Below, in pieces: positions 1-13,238 of a stretch of DNA of 64,000 bases (positions are counted from its first letter, which is position 1; the number at the start of each line of letters is the position of its first letter). Both the position numbers and the translations under genes were made by a program. The stretch comes from Eutreptiella sp. 'Long Island Sound 2002'. Its lineage: Eukaryota > Protista > Euglenida. A model generated the notes under the pieces. The model made no database searches. It was not told the origin of the DNA and saw only the letters and a list, made by a program, of their open reading frames with translations. The stretch spans positions 22,382,001 to 22,446,000 of the forward strand of contig OZ038378.1 in NCBI GenBank assembly GCA_964036045.1, in the 5' to 3' direction.

Positions 1-779
1 ACAGGGTGTTATTTTTACGTTTCGCCCAACAAAAAAATACTGTCGCTCCAAGAAGTGCCAGTCTCCTTCCTTGTACTCCTACCTTGTTTGCGACACACCT
101 GCGGAGAGCGGAACCCCAACTTGGTGAAGAATGATATACTTTGTACATTGTGACTCCAAATGCTGTGAACAGAGACATGGTCCCACGAGCACCAAAAGAC
201 CCCGCACCGACCAATCACCCCTCGTCCCGACGCACGCACGCACGGGCCAAATACCGAAAAAACCCTTCCTCGTTCATGTCAATTCGGCCCACTAGACGCC
301 AATTGCATATGTCGAACGGAAGGCTGGTTGTCGCCAATGTCAATGAGTGTCAATGAGGCAAGGTTCACTCGGTTGCGCCATTTGAGTGTCCTTGCTTTAC
401 GACCGCACGGGCATTCTATCCCCTAGCTCGCTCGCAGCGCGATGAGACCTGGCATACAAAGCCGCTGCATCGTCTGCCACCTCCAAAACATCGAAGTACA
501 GTTTCAACGCAGCAGCCATGGCCTGCTTCCCATACCCTACGCCATGATACCGCGGGTCAATAAATAGGGACACAAGGACCTAAAGAATGCACAATGGGGC
601 AACAAGGGCACAAGGCAAACTTAGGTGCGTCAAAACAGGCAAACAGGAACTAGCGTCACAGGCTTATGCAATTGCATATCACTAATTGCGTTGGTGGTGT
701 GCATCTCACGTAGGTTAATCATGAATTGTGAGTTTCCGTCTCACTAGCAGTTGTAGGTTCAAGTAATGTCTGCGTCAAT

Positions 780-3700
780 TTATATGCATTGGTGCGTAAA
801 CGTTTCGTTGGCGGACATGCTTACACCACAAACAACGTGCAAGCCGTCTTCCAAGGGCCACACCTTTCCCACAAACAACACGTGCTTGTCATCAGATTTA
901 AACTCGACTCTACCCACAACATCTCCACTGTTTCTCTGCACCACGACCCATTTGGTTGGATGCGCCTCTCGTACCACTTCGGCTAGCAATTGCTTCATCT
1001 GCAGCAGCGGACGTAGAGATGATGGCATATCACTATGTCTCACAAAACGACCCCTCCCCCTCCCCCGACCACCACCCGCCGCCGCCAGGGGTTACATTTC
1101 ATGTGCTACATTTTCAGTTTTGGTACAAGAGGCCTACCCCGCAAGCTTCATACTCTAGCATGCTCTTATCCTGACGCCAGTTCCCATTAATTGCCTCAAC
1201 TCTAATTTCGCTACGAAGAACCATTTTTGCATTGAATTTTTGTTGTGGTTTTTTCTCCGACGCCTTTGTATTCCATTCTTGATTGTTTGATTCTACCTCA
1301 TGCTTTGACTTGCATGGTTGTATCGATAATTAGAGGAAACAGTATGCGCTTTGCTCGAATTGGTAATGAGGTGATACATGAAAGCCAGATCTATGAAGTT
1401 CCCAATGTACTTAAGACAGCACCGTTGATTGGAACGCATTTGTCGGACTTGGTTCTTCATAGTTTAATGGCCATCTGAAGATTGTTTCTCCCTCTTGTGC
1501 CCGTCACGCCACCTTTGTTGAGTGTAATTGCATTTCGACTTTAGTGCGAGGGTTACCCTTGCAGGGTTACCCTGGCCTCATGAGTTTACCCCTGCCTAGG
1601 CAGGGCGCTCCTAGCAGTACCATATGTGGACCATCCGGGACCATCCAGGACATTCACGGGACATACACTCTTATCGTATTATATGCGTGTAAGTTTGTTT
1701 GCTCCGCAATAGATGATATTCAATGAAGCTCAATACGCAAGGGTGACACATATTCCTGCACTTTCTCTCACAGAAACTGTGTTGTGGTCTTTCTTTCTTT
1801 TGTTGACGTCTGTGTTCACTGAGGAAAGCAGTCCCCCACCAGCCAAAGTGTGAGTTTGTTTGAGCTTTTCAATTTTGTTACGGGCCGCCATGGTAAATCC
1901 GAATTCCGATTTACTTTATGAAACTTTAGGAGACACCTTGGCCGATTGAGCATTTGTGAACGGCTTTTTTTTGAAGCATGGTGGTTTTTTTGTATAGCCG
2001 CCTTCGTAGAGGGATACTTATTGCCGCTTGCAAGGGAATGACGCCGAGGTAGAACGAATGAGTGACCACTTTGTCGGCATACCACGGGTACAAATGGAGG
2101 TAGGAAAGAAAGAACATTCGACCGCATCATGCCAAGAGAGGTCAAACCCTCCACAGCGGTGGATAGGTTCGTGGGATTCAAGCTTTTATGCATGCAAAAC
2201 ACCATGATAGAGGAAGATGTGAACCTCTCCCAAAGTCTTAACTTGGGCATTGTTGGCAAAGTTTTTTCGGATGACGGGATGCTCTTGGAGAGTAAATAAC
2301 GTGGAAGCATCATGGATAGTGATCCGCCGCAAGTACACGTCTTGAGTTCCCAAAGTTGGAGGGTCCTTAGGACTGCTCGCAGCTCCTTCTTGGCAAGAGG
2401 TGCCCCCATGCTGCTCGAAAACCCCTTTTGCTTGGTCGGTGCGCAAGTGCCTTGGCCTCCATGGTTCCGAAGCTCTTTGACCTTTCATACCTAAGCCATC
2501 GGCGTAGCTTTGTGAACGTTGAACCAACCAAAACATCAAAGTGCAACACACAGCAAGGCACAAAGGGCAAGCGTTCTCACAACCATAACCATAACCATAA
2601 CCATTTGAGGCAAATTGCGTCCGAACGTCCGTCAGTGAAGGCAAACTGTTGTACGAATACGAACTTGCCTAGCACATAGGCACACTAACGCCGAAGCTAC
2701 GCTCGTTACGCACAACAATGTACTCAATTCTCTAAAACACCCGCACTCACCACTCTCACACGCATAACATCGGAAGGAACCTTGTACTTTATTGTTCCCA
2801 AGTACAAGATATGTCATGTGTGTTGCTCATGGGTAAAACACCCACGAAGTGTGTCAACATGCGAGTATGACATTTTCTTGTGCCCACAAGAACATTACAC
2901 AAGAAAAGCCGGGACATCGCCGGGGTGAATGGAGGACCTCAGCACCGATTCAATCGACGGCGGGAAAAATAGAGGAACCGGGAAATGCGGGTGGAGCGGT
3001 GTTGGTTGGCGTTTGAAACACGAAGATACCAAGTTCCCGCACACAAAAGACGTGAAATACGCAGAACCAAAAGCATACCCCCAAATTCCCCGTTATCTGC
3101 CCGCTTAACTACATGGTGCTTTTTAGGAGGTGATGTATCATCGTCGCTGTCTGATGCCCATTTGTATCGGTCTGTGAATCTTCGTTTCATGGCTTCGTGA
3201 TAGGCGATCTGCAACAAAGCGGCATGTGACTTCGTGGATTGACGACCGCTTGGCGGCAAGGCTTGTTAACTATGCTTTGCACCAACGGAACTTGCTTAAT
3301 TCCGTGTTTCCATTGCATGCTAAATGTGCCCCCGTTGGATCCTTGGAAACAACCTACACCTTGAAGTACCAAACCACGTCTTCAAAGGCATTAAACAAGA
3401 ACCCAAAGCAAACAAATGAAACCAAGAAGGTTTACATGGGCGACAATCTCTCTATTGCTTTGCCATAACAGTGACAAGTTACGTTGCAATATGCCCATTT
3501 CTTTGGAGAAATGTGTAGCTCAAGGCACCTCGGCTTTTGTGCATATGGCATTAGGGCACCGACAACATTGGTGTCATCTATTAGGGAGCATCCACGAACG
3601 GATACGTTGGCTTCCGATGGTAGCCAGTCCAGGCATGGAATCAAGTATCAAACCACCGCAACGCAAGAGGCTTGGAAACTTGGGCGGCCTTGGGCTTAGG

Positions 3701-4300
3701 ACCGGGACATATGTCCTTCGCTGGACCAATGGATGATTTGTGCCTCAAAGGCAAAGGGTGGTCTGGGCAGGGTATTTTGTCGGAGACAGGGGAGGAGGTC
3801 TAGCAAGCCCACGGTTGGCTCGCACGCTTCTCTTAGTGGGGTATTTCACGGAAACCATTGCATGCTTGTGAGCCATGATTCGTTTGTGGATGGGGGCGGC
3901 TTAGATGCACATGCTTCAATTTGTTTTTATGTTGCATCATCAAAACCAATTGCAAGCCCGTTGTGCCTCACATGGACATGCTTGCGTTTCTTACACACAC
4001 GCACCCCCCCCCGCAATCGATGCCAACTTACATTGTGCCGGGCTTGGGGTTGTTTTGCTTGCATCCAAGCGCTTATGACACTGTAGTGAATCCCATTCGA
4101 TATGAAGTATTTTTCTGCAAGCCCGAAGTGAGACGTAGTTTTGTGGTAATTTGCCGAAGGACGTACAAAAAAGCGCGCCGCTCACCCCAAGGCAAAGTTA
4201 TAGCTCCATAACCTTCCCAAAGGGTGCAAAGACACACTATCCGCCATTGAACTGAGTGATGACCACAGGCTCCACAGAATGTGCGTGATGTGTGCTTCGG
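780..4300. pseudogene. Tract of decayed, coding-like sequence of unknown family (probably old TE cargo)
   Basis: Short protein-like frames broken by stops, e.g. minus 780..1043, a plus frame at ~2120-2494 (TFDRIMPREVKP...ESK*RGSIMDSDPP), and plus 3226..3699. No recognisable motif. Confidence 0.3.
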
Positions 4301-4797
4301 CCAATTGGTTGCTGAGGCCTTCTTCATGGTGTGAATCGCCCTTCTTTTCCGGGGCTCGTTCTAATAACATTGTATCATCACAACGGTTGTTTGACCTTTG
4401 CTACACTATCAAACGGATTACATGTTTCGCCTAGCCCCGCGAAGCTCCAATTTTCCGCTATTGAGCTCCGGTGGGGGGGGGGGATACGCAGCATAGCACA
4501 GGGCTGTACTCCAGCACGACACTGTGAAATCAGAGAAACGTCACGTGGGATTCCACAACATGCACCACGGGCAGTGCAATGTTGAATAACGCTGCACAAA
4601 ATTTGGATGTCAGCACATTTGTGAAATGACCATGCTCCCGGCGGCCATTCAATCCTTGGATTGGAGGCTGCCAGGGATCGATTTTCATACGAAACCATTA
4701 GATTGAGGAATCGCAACCCAAACCCTGCACCATCTACATACCTCGCCTACCACGCAAAACGATACACTAGATACCATCACTGCGGAAAAGGCACTGA

Positions 4798-5021
4798 GTT
4801 CACTGTGGTAGGGGATTATCCATGGTAGGAAAGTACCAGCTGGGTAGCTGGGTGGTTAACCCTCCTGGAATCAGGCTGTTTTTAGGATCTGCAGACAATA
4901 TTTATTGTGACAGGGTTGGCGAGTTATGGTCAGTAACCCTAACTATTCCCTCTGATAATGGGGTGAATCCTGGGCAGTTATGCGGTAAAGTACTTCAAAG
5001 TACTTCCCTACCACAGTGAAT
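4798..5021. mobile_element. Small MITE-like element with 16-bp TIRs; its right end is hit by a later insertion
   Basis: GTTCACTGTGGTAGGG at 4798 is the reverse complement of CCCTACCACAGTGAA(C/T) ending at 5021. No own TSD found. Confidence 0.55.
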
Positions 5022-6546
5022 GGGGATGGTTAAGCAGATATGACCTCTTAAGCAGTCGGTCAGATACGAGCCGCGCGCTGAGCATCTGGCGCCGCAACTG
5101 TGCGCGACCACTGTGAAACTGCTCGCTGCTGCAATTAAAATCAGTGAAATGCTTGATTTTGTGGGATTTGCAGCAGCTCACTAATTTCTTTTACCTGTCG
5201 TAGTCGCTCCTTGCAATATTTCAGGTAATGCTTGAACCATGACCTCCAACAGTGTGTATTTACTTTATGGAGTAAGATTAGATTGCAGAAAAAGACAAGA
5301 ACAAAATCAAATGGAAAGTATGTACGTCATATGCAAGCTATTGCAGAATGCTCTATGCAGTAAAGAACATGCCTTTGTTCCTCCTTCACTATTATTTTTT
5401 TACACTCTATGAGATACGATCGGATGAGAAAGAAGGAAAGAATTCAATCAAATGGATACTACGTATGTCATGTTGCATAAATGCTATTGTCGAGCGATGT
5501 AAGAGGTAAAGATCATGCCTTTGTTCCTTGCCCAACCGTGTGAATATTATCGGATTGAGAAAAAAGAAAGGAATTTCACCAAATAGGGGGTAAATGTGTC
5601 CCCTAGCATGAATGGTAATGCAGAGGGCTGTAAGGACTAAGGAACATGCCTTTGTTCCTCTTCTAACAGCGTGTTTCTATAACCTTTCTGGAATATGACC
5701 GGATTGGAGGGAAAAACAGAGATTCCGCAAATGGATCCCTCCGACTCAATTTCAACTCGCTCTAAATGAAAAACATGGCCGTCCTACTCAATTTCAACTC
5801 CCTCCTATCCAATTTCAACTCTCTCGTACTCAATTTTCACTTCCTCCCTCTCAATTTGAACTCTCTCCAAATGAAAATCAACTCTCTCAATTTTAAATCC
5901 CTCCTACTCAATTTCAACTCCCTTCTCGTCAATTTCAACTCCTTCCTACTCAGCTTTGACTCCCCTAAACAAGATGCATATGTTCCTTCTATTAAAAATG
6001 TATTTTAGACAAGAAAAAGGGCGTGAAGAAAAATGGAAATGGATGGTTTTCATGTAGCAGGCATGTAACAAAAGCATGTCCTTTACTCTTTAAAACACTT
6101 TACAATAGCATTCATACAAGGTGACATACATACTCTCCATTTGCGGAATCTCTGTCTTTCCCTCCAATCCGATCATATTCCAGGAAGGTTATAGAAACAC
6201 GCTGTTGGAAGAGGAACAAAGGCATGTTCCTTAATCCTTGTGACGTACATACTCTCCATTTCATTGAGTTTCTGTCTTTTTCTGCAATCTAAGTGTTGGA
6301 GGTCATGGTTCAAGCATTACCTGAAATATTGCAAGCAGCTACCACGACAGGTAAAAGAAATCAGTCAGCTGCTGCAGATCCCACAAAATCAAGCATTTCA
6401 CTGATTTTAATTGCAGCAGCGAGCAGTTTCACAGTGGCTGCCGGTAGTTGCGGCGCCAGATGCTCAGCGCGCGGCTCGTATCTGACCGATCTGCTCAGCC
6501 GATCTGACGGATCTGCTTAAGAGGTCATATCTGCTTAACCATCCCC
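5022..6546. mobile_element. Non-autonomous foldback-type DNA transposon (1525 bp) with long TIRs and an 8-bp TSD
   Basis: Starts GGGGATGGTTAAGCAGATATGACC and ends with the exact reverse complement. The ~300-bp arms (5022-~5330 vs ~6240-6546) pair, as does an inner pair (5638-5735 vs 6136-6233). Flanks are CAGTGAAT (5014-5021) and CAGTGAAC (6547-6554). Confidence 0.85.
5742..5965. repeat. 21-bp tandem repeat (CTCAATTTCAACTCCCTCCTA-like, ~10 copies) at the centre of the foldback element
   Basis: Direct reading. It produces the 7-aa periodic ORF 5766..6008 (LNFNSLL). Confidence 0.85.
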
Positions 6547-8999
6547 CAGTGAACGGCTTGCTGCGGAAAACTATTCCCTTGTAGGTCAATCACACGCGAC
6601 TTGGTTAGTGCCGCCTTCCGCCCCTCACTGATATTGTCAAGAGGGTGCCGCGTGTAAAAGAATTTTGGAGTATTTGCGAAATGTTACATGTTGCATGAAT
6701 TCCTTCACCCAATTCTCTGATGATCCAATGAACGAAGTGTTGCACTCAGAATTTTTGTCGCCCAATTCATATGTTGTGTCATGTGCCTTTTGCCGCCTGA
6801 GGAGTTTCATTTAGATCACATTTGGGTCGAGAACCATATGAGACAGCGTTCCTTGCTACAACCATAGCTAAGAAATCAATGCGTGTGGTACTGGAAACAC
6901 TGTGATGAAACTAGATGCTTGTCATCGTTGACAAAGCATCAATGCAATGGTCCAAAGCAAAATAGTTCCGTGCCTCCGTTTTTGCGCTCTCGATAGCTAA
7001 TGGTTTCATATTCACTCTTGAGTGCGTGCTGAGATTGAAATTCTTAAACAACATCCTTGTCCCAAACCTGTGTGCCATGCTACATGTAGTGTGCAAAGGG
7101 TAGTTGGCGATACAGGGCTATTTTTTTCCGTCTCTGGGCATGGTGTTTTGTGCTATTGCGTGCAAGCCCAACGAACAAGTCTATTGCAAATTTGGGGAAA
7201 TTGGTCCGGGGAAGATGCGGGTACGGGGCAAAACATGACACACGGATTCCCGCGTAGCACATAGCAAGGAGCGTACAACGGTCACACGTGTTATGCAATC
7301 TCTTTGCAATGTTTTACTCATGCCCAACTTAGGAGTGCTCGTATCAAGTGTGGGATTTGGATTTGGGAAGGGATGTCGAGGCACACAAGGGGGGGCAGGT
7401 TTGCAACAGGTGCTCATTGGGTTGGTCAAGAGGCTTAGGGTACTGTGATGAGTCAATTTTCAGGCTAACACTCCGTCATTGTAGCTAATTTATATTGTTT
7501 AAGTGGCTTCAAAATTTCCACCTATCGAGTCCTAATTGAGTGGGGTGCTACTTACCTTGACTCCACAATTGGTGGAGGAACATTTTCGGGGACTAGTAGA
7601 GAGCTTCGATAACATTCGTAGAGTGAGATGAAAAGAAAACAGCTCCATGCAAAATACCTGGTAAGTGCACTCGCAGTCTTCACTTAAGGGGCTTATCACT
7701 TAAGGGGCCGTTCGATCTCACCCTGGTCACCCAACTCACCCTCATTGTGGTGGGATGAGACAAAGCACCGGTGAAGAGTTTTTTGTGCTTTGCTTCCTAA
7801 ACACACACTACGATGTACCCGCCCGTCAGCTGTACCACCTTGCACGAGTGCATATCTCACACTAGGGCGGGCATTTTGGTTGTCTTTTGCACGAAAATGT
7901 GCAAAATACACACCCTTGTGCACATATCACCCTTTTTGTTGCATTTTGCAAGAGCAAAAAGCACCACCCTTATGCAAAAGACACCTCCCCTAGTGCAAAT
8001 GACATCATGTTTTTGTGCAAAACCCAAGTTGACGGGCGGGTACAGATGGACTCCCTGTGTCAGATTTGTTTCAGGCAGGGCTTGCTTTGGCAAAGGAGCG
8101 GAGGAGGTTTTGGCAATTTTTCAAATGATGTGGAGTTTTGGCTTGCCACCCTTGTGGACCTCCCACCTTGCAACCACCAGAAGGGTAGCCCTTGCAAGCC
8201 CTGGTTGCAATTTTTTCAACCCACATGGCCTCCATCAAAGTTCTCAAATTGGGTTTGCTTGGTACTTGCACTATGGCTTGTTGTGCTCATGGCGCTGCAA
8301 CTTTTAAAATATTGGACCATCTTGAAATCACGGCCGTTGGGAGCGAACCGGACGATGACGCTGTTGAGCCTCGGGGCAAAAAGAGGACGAGGACTTGATC
8401 ATATTTGCTTGGGAGTTCTTACACTTGTGAAATTGCCCTTTGCAGCCGGTGCTCAATACTCATAAAATGCCGGTAGCAACACCCTCTGGTCTATTCGTAG
8501 GGTTTTACATGCACTAATTGTGTTTGCACGGATTTGCGTGATGACCTCCGATGTGGACAACATCCTTGTGCGACCAACATATTACGGGCCCAGAGATTCA
8601 CTCATCGCCAACAATCTTCATTCGGGGGCGACATGCAATGCCATAAGCCTCTACGTCATTGCGTCTTGTGTTCTCCTTGGCTCAATATGGGGCTATGCGT
8701 CTTCTGGCCTGTCGCCAACGCAACATTTGGCAAACCCTCGAACAGTTTTCTCTCGCACCCTCAACGACAGGTTTGTCTTCGTTCTTGACTTGTGCACCAC
8801 ATGAACAAATGCCTTGCTTTAAGGGTCGAGGAAATCATGGTTGACAATCGATTATTTCAAGGCGACTTGCTTTCTGTAGGTTGGTGGCAAGTCCAAAAAT
8901 CATCCAAAGTCCGCGTGCATGGGTGCAATCCCGTGGTATGCATTGCATTGTCACACTCCTCGTAGTTCATTTTGCTTCCAGTTTACAATCCCAAGAAGT

Positions 9000-11520
9000 T
9001 CCAGGATTGACCTCCACGACTTGTCGTCTGTGATTCCTTTGAGGAGGCAGGGCGTCTTGTCATCTTGGAGGGTGCCTTCCCCGCGTCCCCCCCGTGTCCT
9101 CCCCCCCACTTCCCGTTGTACCAGTACGGTAAAGCGATGATTTGCCTTGATTACAACCCACAGGGAGGAGCCCCAAGAGATGGTTTAGTGATGCTTGAAT
9201 TTGAGTGTCTATTTGAGTGTCTACATCTTAAAGCTTTCGCTCAAGCCACTTGGCTCTTTTGCATGTGCTTTGTTTGCGTTGTTCTCGAGCTGTGGTGACG
9301 TGAACCTCCGTTGAAGCAAAGACGGTTTGAACTGGCCAAGAAGGTTTGGTGAGTGGATTTATTGCCCAAAAGATCCTTGTGAACAATGTGCTCACTTTTT
9401 GTTCTTTCGTCACTGCTTGGTGCACATCAATTTTTGGGCAATTATTTTGCAAGAAAACTACAGCACTGGTTGGGCTCCCAACAATTTTTTTCCGACCTGC
9501 ATGATAGGATCATGTATTTCTTTCCTTTTGCATGCCACACTATGTTACCGGTTGGGCCTTGATTGATTTTTTGTACCCATGCCTTTCGCTCAGAATGCTA
9601 AAGCTTTTGTTTTTGTGACTATTTGTTGTTGCCGAAGGACATGTGTACACACATGTCCAGAACACTACCAATGTGTCTATGCCGTGGTTGCCTCCCCACT
9701 TTCTACACACGGATGATTGATCCAATATTGACCGAACCCACCGCCACATGCATGTTTCCATGTATTGCACCGTGTGGCATGGAGTACGATGAGTGCATGT
9801 TGAAAATTACCCTTCCAAATGCTTACAAACATGCTTCCACTGGTTACTGGTAGGATTCGAACGAAATTTACAAGCGAAATTTTCAAGGTAACTTTCAACG
9901 AAATTTTCAACGAAATTTAAGTTTATCTTTCAAACGAAAATTTCAATGAAAATTTGCCGTTCCTTCTTTTTTTATAGACAACATGAAAAACAAGAACTTG
10001 AGCACCTGGGGACACTTTACCATAGTGGAGTACATGGGGGAGTTGTGGTGGGAGGGGTGTGCTGACGAGGAGATCCTACTGTCCAGTTGTGGGTTGAGCC
10101 CCCCCCGGCAGCCCCCGCAGCACCTCCCCAGCAAAGCCCCCCCCCCGCCGAGAAACCCAAACCCCCTGCCCTGCCCCCCCCCAAACCCACACAACCCAAA
10201 AAGCCCCCCCGTCCGAAGCGCGGGTCCTTCGAATCGGGATCGGGCACACCCCCGTGGCTCAAACAAGTTCCTTTGCTGAGAGTCATGCCTTCGTGTGCCA
10301 TCCTTTTCATTTTTGGAATGCCCTCCATGCTTCCTCTCCAGCAGCTGCATTGGGCAAGGTTGTGGCTTGTCTTCCAGCCAGCCAAGCCCCGACAGAGCGA
10401 GTGTTTACCTTAGCCGACTAGCAATGTGCTAATCGGGAGCGCCTGAGTTTTTCCATGTTGGCAACTAAAGTCTTCATTCGTGTCAACTACATGAAGTTGT
10501 GCCACGCATGAGTATATCATTGCCATTGGCATCCATCATATTGTTTGTGGACTTCGCCATTTCAATTGTGATGCGTCCATCAATGTCTTTCATCAAGGGC
10601 TTGGTTATAGGTGCCAGGATTCAGTGCTATGATGTTATAGAACCCCCGCCTTCCCATTGGGGCCATAAATTTCATAATTTTCATACTTTTCAAAAAAATC
10701 GAAAATTTCACGAAATTTTCACGTTATATTTCACCTGAAATTTAAAATCCTCATTTTTCACGAAATTTTTAAATCCTAGTTACTGGAGACGGGCCGTGTT
10801 GTGGCATGGGGTTCCGGTGGATGGTTGTGATCCAAAGGGCCATCCTGTGCTGTTGTGTGGTGTTGAAGGACACGAGGGCATGGGAGGGCATAAGCGATTT
10901 CAAACACGCCAAAAGAGTTGCATATCTATGTCCCTCGAAAACGGCCAATTCCTTACCCTCCCCATCCCCCCCCCCCCGCGTCCCTCCCCCACTTCCCCCC
11001 CACGTCTAGGGCACAATAGCTTGTCGCTATTGTCAAACACTTTGAGTAATTGTGCCACGCATACTCTCGCCTGGAGCGCAAACCTTAGGCCAGCGGTTGA
11101 TGCTCCAATTTGTTCTTTGGGAATCCATGCATACATTTTGTGGACCGCTGCCTCCGCTTTCGTTAGGAGATGGACCTAAGGAGGTGGCCTCTCCGTCACA
11201 TGAAGTTCGCTTCATAACCTCAAATTTGCCCTCTACAACCCCCGTTGGTATCACACGCGGTGCTCTCTCTTCCGCGACGGGGCTTTTTTGCGGGCTTGGA
11301 CTTGTGTTCCTCGCCTCATGGCGGCGGTACTCTTGTGGAAAATCTGATGAAACATCAATGAGACGACAGCCTTGGTGCATGGCTTCCCAAACCGGCTCCA
11401 CTGACAAGGTATGTAGCATGTCCGGCGCAAGTGCTACTCGCCTCGTGTTGCCGTCCATCCATCGCCGCGGGCCACGTGCATTAAAGAGGTCCTACGCAAG
11501 GAGGCGTGACCCATCCATTT
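9000..11520 (-). pseudogene. Decayed multi-exon minus-strand coding region with CGAAATTT-rich intron-like segments
   Basis: Protein-like frames with many stops flank an AT-rich block with donor GTAACT (10783) and a candidate acceptor CATAG (10627). A second CGAAATTTTCAA cluster lies at ~9870-9960. Confidence 0.3.
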
Positions 11521-11831
11521 GTGGTTTTATGAAGTGGCAGGGGTAAGTAGAGACCGCAGAGCAGGTGAGAGGGGGGACCTTGGGCTCGAGGGGTTAAGCG
11601 CAGGGGGCTGCGGCTGGGAAGGGCTTGGCATGGAAGCGCGTTGCAGAGCACGCAAGCCCTCCGATCAGGGTTGAAGATTTACGCCTTTCCAGCTAAAGAG
11701 GGCGCCCAGAGCACATCGACTCCCACCAACGAAGTATGGGTGGCTTCAGATGCGGAGAAATTTCTCCGCAACTGAGGACGCCAGGCTCTACTGCATGACC
11801 CATACAAAGATCGAATGGATGCGGCGTTGCA

Positions 11832-13238
11832 TTGGATGTCGATCAACCAATCGCTCAGACTTGCGTGGTGTGGCTCTCAAACACAGAGCTTCACCCAAGG
11901 GACAGGTCCATGTCAGTTCAGCCCCCTGTATCTCAAAGCCCTGTGCCGTTTCCCGCCGATGTTCACTCAATCCCCCGGCGCCCCCTCTGCCTCTTTCAGG
12001 CCCCCTCCCCGGGCCCTGCCCCTGGCCCCTCGGGCCCCGCTGCATCCTCGGGTGCAGGGGGGCGTGAGGACGCCCTTTTCCAGCGGCTGTGCGCCGAAGG
12101 CGGTGTGGTCACCGCCGTTGGGCTGCGCCCGATCCCCGGACCCAGTGTCCGCGGGCTGGTGGCCCTGCGCCCCGTCCCGGCGGGGGATGTGGTGCTGAAG
12201 ATCCCACTGGAGCACTGCCTCCGGGAGCCACGGTTTCTGCCACCGGAGCTCGTGGAGGAGATCGGGGGGGTGCCCGACAGCTTCACGTGGGACATTCGCT
12301 TGGGCATCAAAGTGCTGGAGGCCGTGAAGGGCCGCGAGAGCGCGCTGTGGTCCGGGTACGCGCAGCTGCTGCCCCGGCCGGAGACCGTGGCCTGCCCCAT
12401 GCTCCTGCCCCCGGCGCTGCTGACGGAGCTGCAGCACCCGTCGATGGCCGCGGCGGCGGAGGCCCAGCAGGAGCGGCTACGGGACCTGTTCCCGGACATG
12501 GTCCCGCCGGCGGACGCGCCGCCGGAGATGTTCCCGTCGCCGCTGATGTGGGCGTGGGCGATGGTGCGCAGCCGCGGGTTCGCGGCGGGGTCGGAGGCGT
12601 TTGCGTTCGTGCCGTTCTTGGACATGGCCAACCACGCGGACATCCCGAGCTGCAATTTCGAGTACGCCCCGGCGGACGGGTGCTTCTACCTGCGGGCGCT
12701 GCGGGCGCTGCCGCCCGGGGCCGAGGCGACCATCTCGTACGGCGAGGGGTACGACAACCAGCGGCTCTTCGCGCAATACGGCTTCGTGGAGCCCGGCGGC
12801 AACCCGCAAGACCGCCTCCCCGGGCTTGAGGGGTTAGCGAGCGAGGGCGTGGCGCTCTCGCGCGCGCGGCTGCAGGACACGCTGCGGGAGAAGGGGGTAG
12901 ACGTCGCGGATTTGGACGCGATGCAGCCGGGCGTGCGCGCGACGCTGGATTCCCTGCCCCTGACGGAGGACGCCGCGCTGCCGGTCGCGGCGGAGCTGCA
13001 GGCGGTCGCGCGGCTGCAGGCGACGCTGGAGGCGGTGTCAAAGGCCGATTTCACGACGCCGATGCAGGAGGATGTCGAGCTGGCGCAGCGCCTGTTGACT
13101 GAGGAGCGGGAGGGCAAGGGGGGCGACCCGCGGCTCGTGGCGTTGGTGTTGTACCGCGTGGAGCGGAAGTACCTGGTCAACGTGGCCCGCAGTATTTTGG
13201 AGGACCACAAAGCGGCCCTGGAGGCCCTCCAGGGCTAA
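11832..13238 (+). CDS. SET-domain protein-lysine methyltransferase, Rubisco LSMT/SETD3-like
   Basis: GC-rich ORF with GLVALRPV...LKIP, WAWAMVRSR, PFLDMANH, ISYG and LFAQYGF motifs, plus an LSMT substrate-binding-like C-terminus. The in-frame acceptor CTCTTTCAG (ending 11999) suggests the real exon starts at 12000 and the N-terminal exon lies elsewhere. Confidence 0.9.
   Translation: MDVDQPIAQTCVVWLSNTELHPRDRSMSVQPPVSQSPVPFPADVHSIPRRPLCLFQAPSPGPAPGPSGPAASSGAGGREDALFQRLCAEGGVVTAVGLRPIPGPSVRGLVALRPVPAGDVVLKIPLEHCLREPRFLPPELVEEIGGVPDSFTWDIRLGIKVLEAVKGRESALWSGYAQLLPRPETVACPMLLPPALLTELQHPSMAAAAEAQQERLRDLFPDMVPPADAPPEMFPSPLMWAWAMVRSRGFAAGSEAFAFVPFLDMANHADIPSCNFEYAPADGCFYLRALRALPPGAEATISYGEGYDNQRLFAQYGFVEPGGNPQDRLPGLEGLASEGVALSRARLQDTLREKGVDVADLDAMQPGVRATLDSLPLTEDAALPVAAELQAVARLQATLEAVSKADFTTPMQEDVELAQRLLTEEREGKGGDPRLVALVLYRVERKYLVNVARSILEDHKAALEALQG

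Noticed and set aside
9202-9214. TGAGTGTCTATTT, a 13-nt match to the euglenid spliced leader as I recall it
   Set aside because: It is part of a local 12-bp tandem duplication. The rest of the leader and a following SL-RNA donor are absent.
11967-13210. Overlapping and antisense ORFs over the SET gene
   Set aside because: Shadow ORFs from high GC3, with no motifs.
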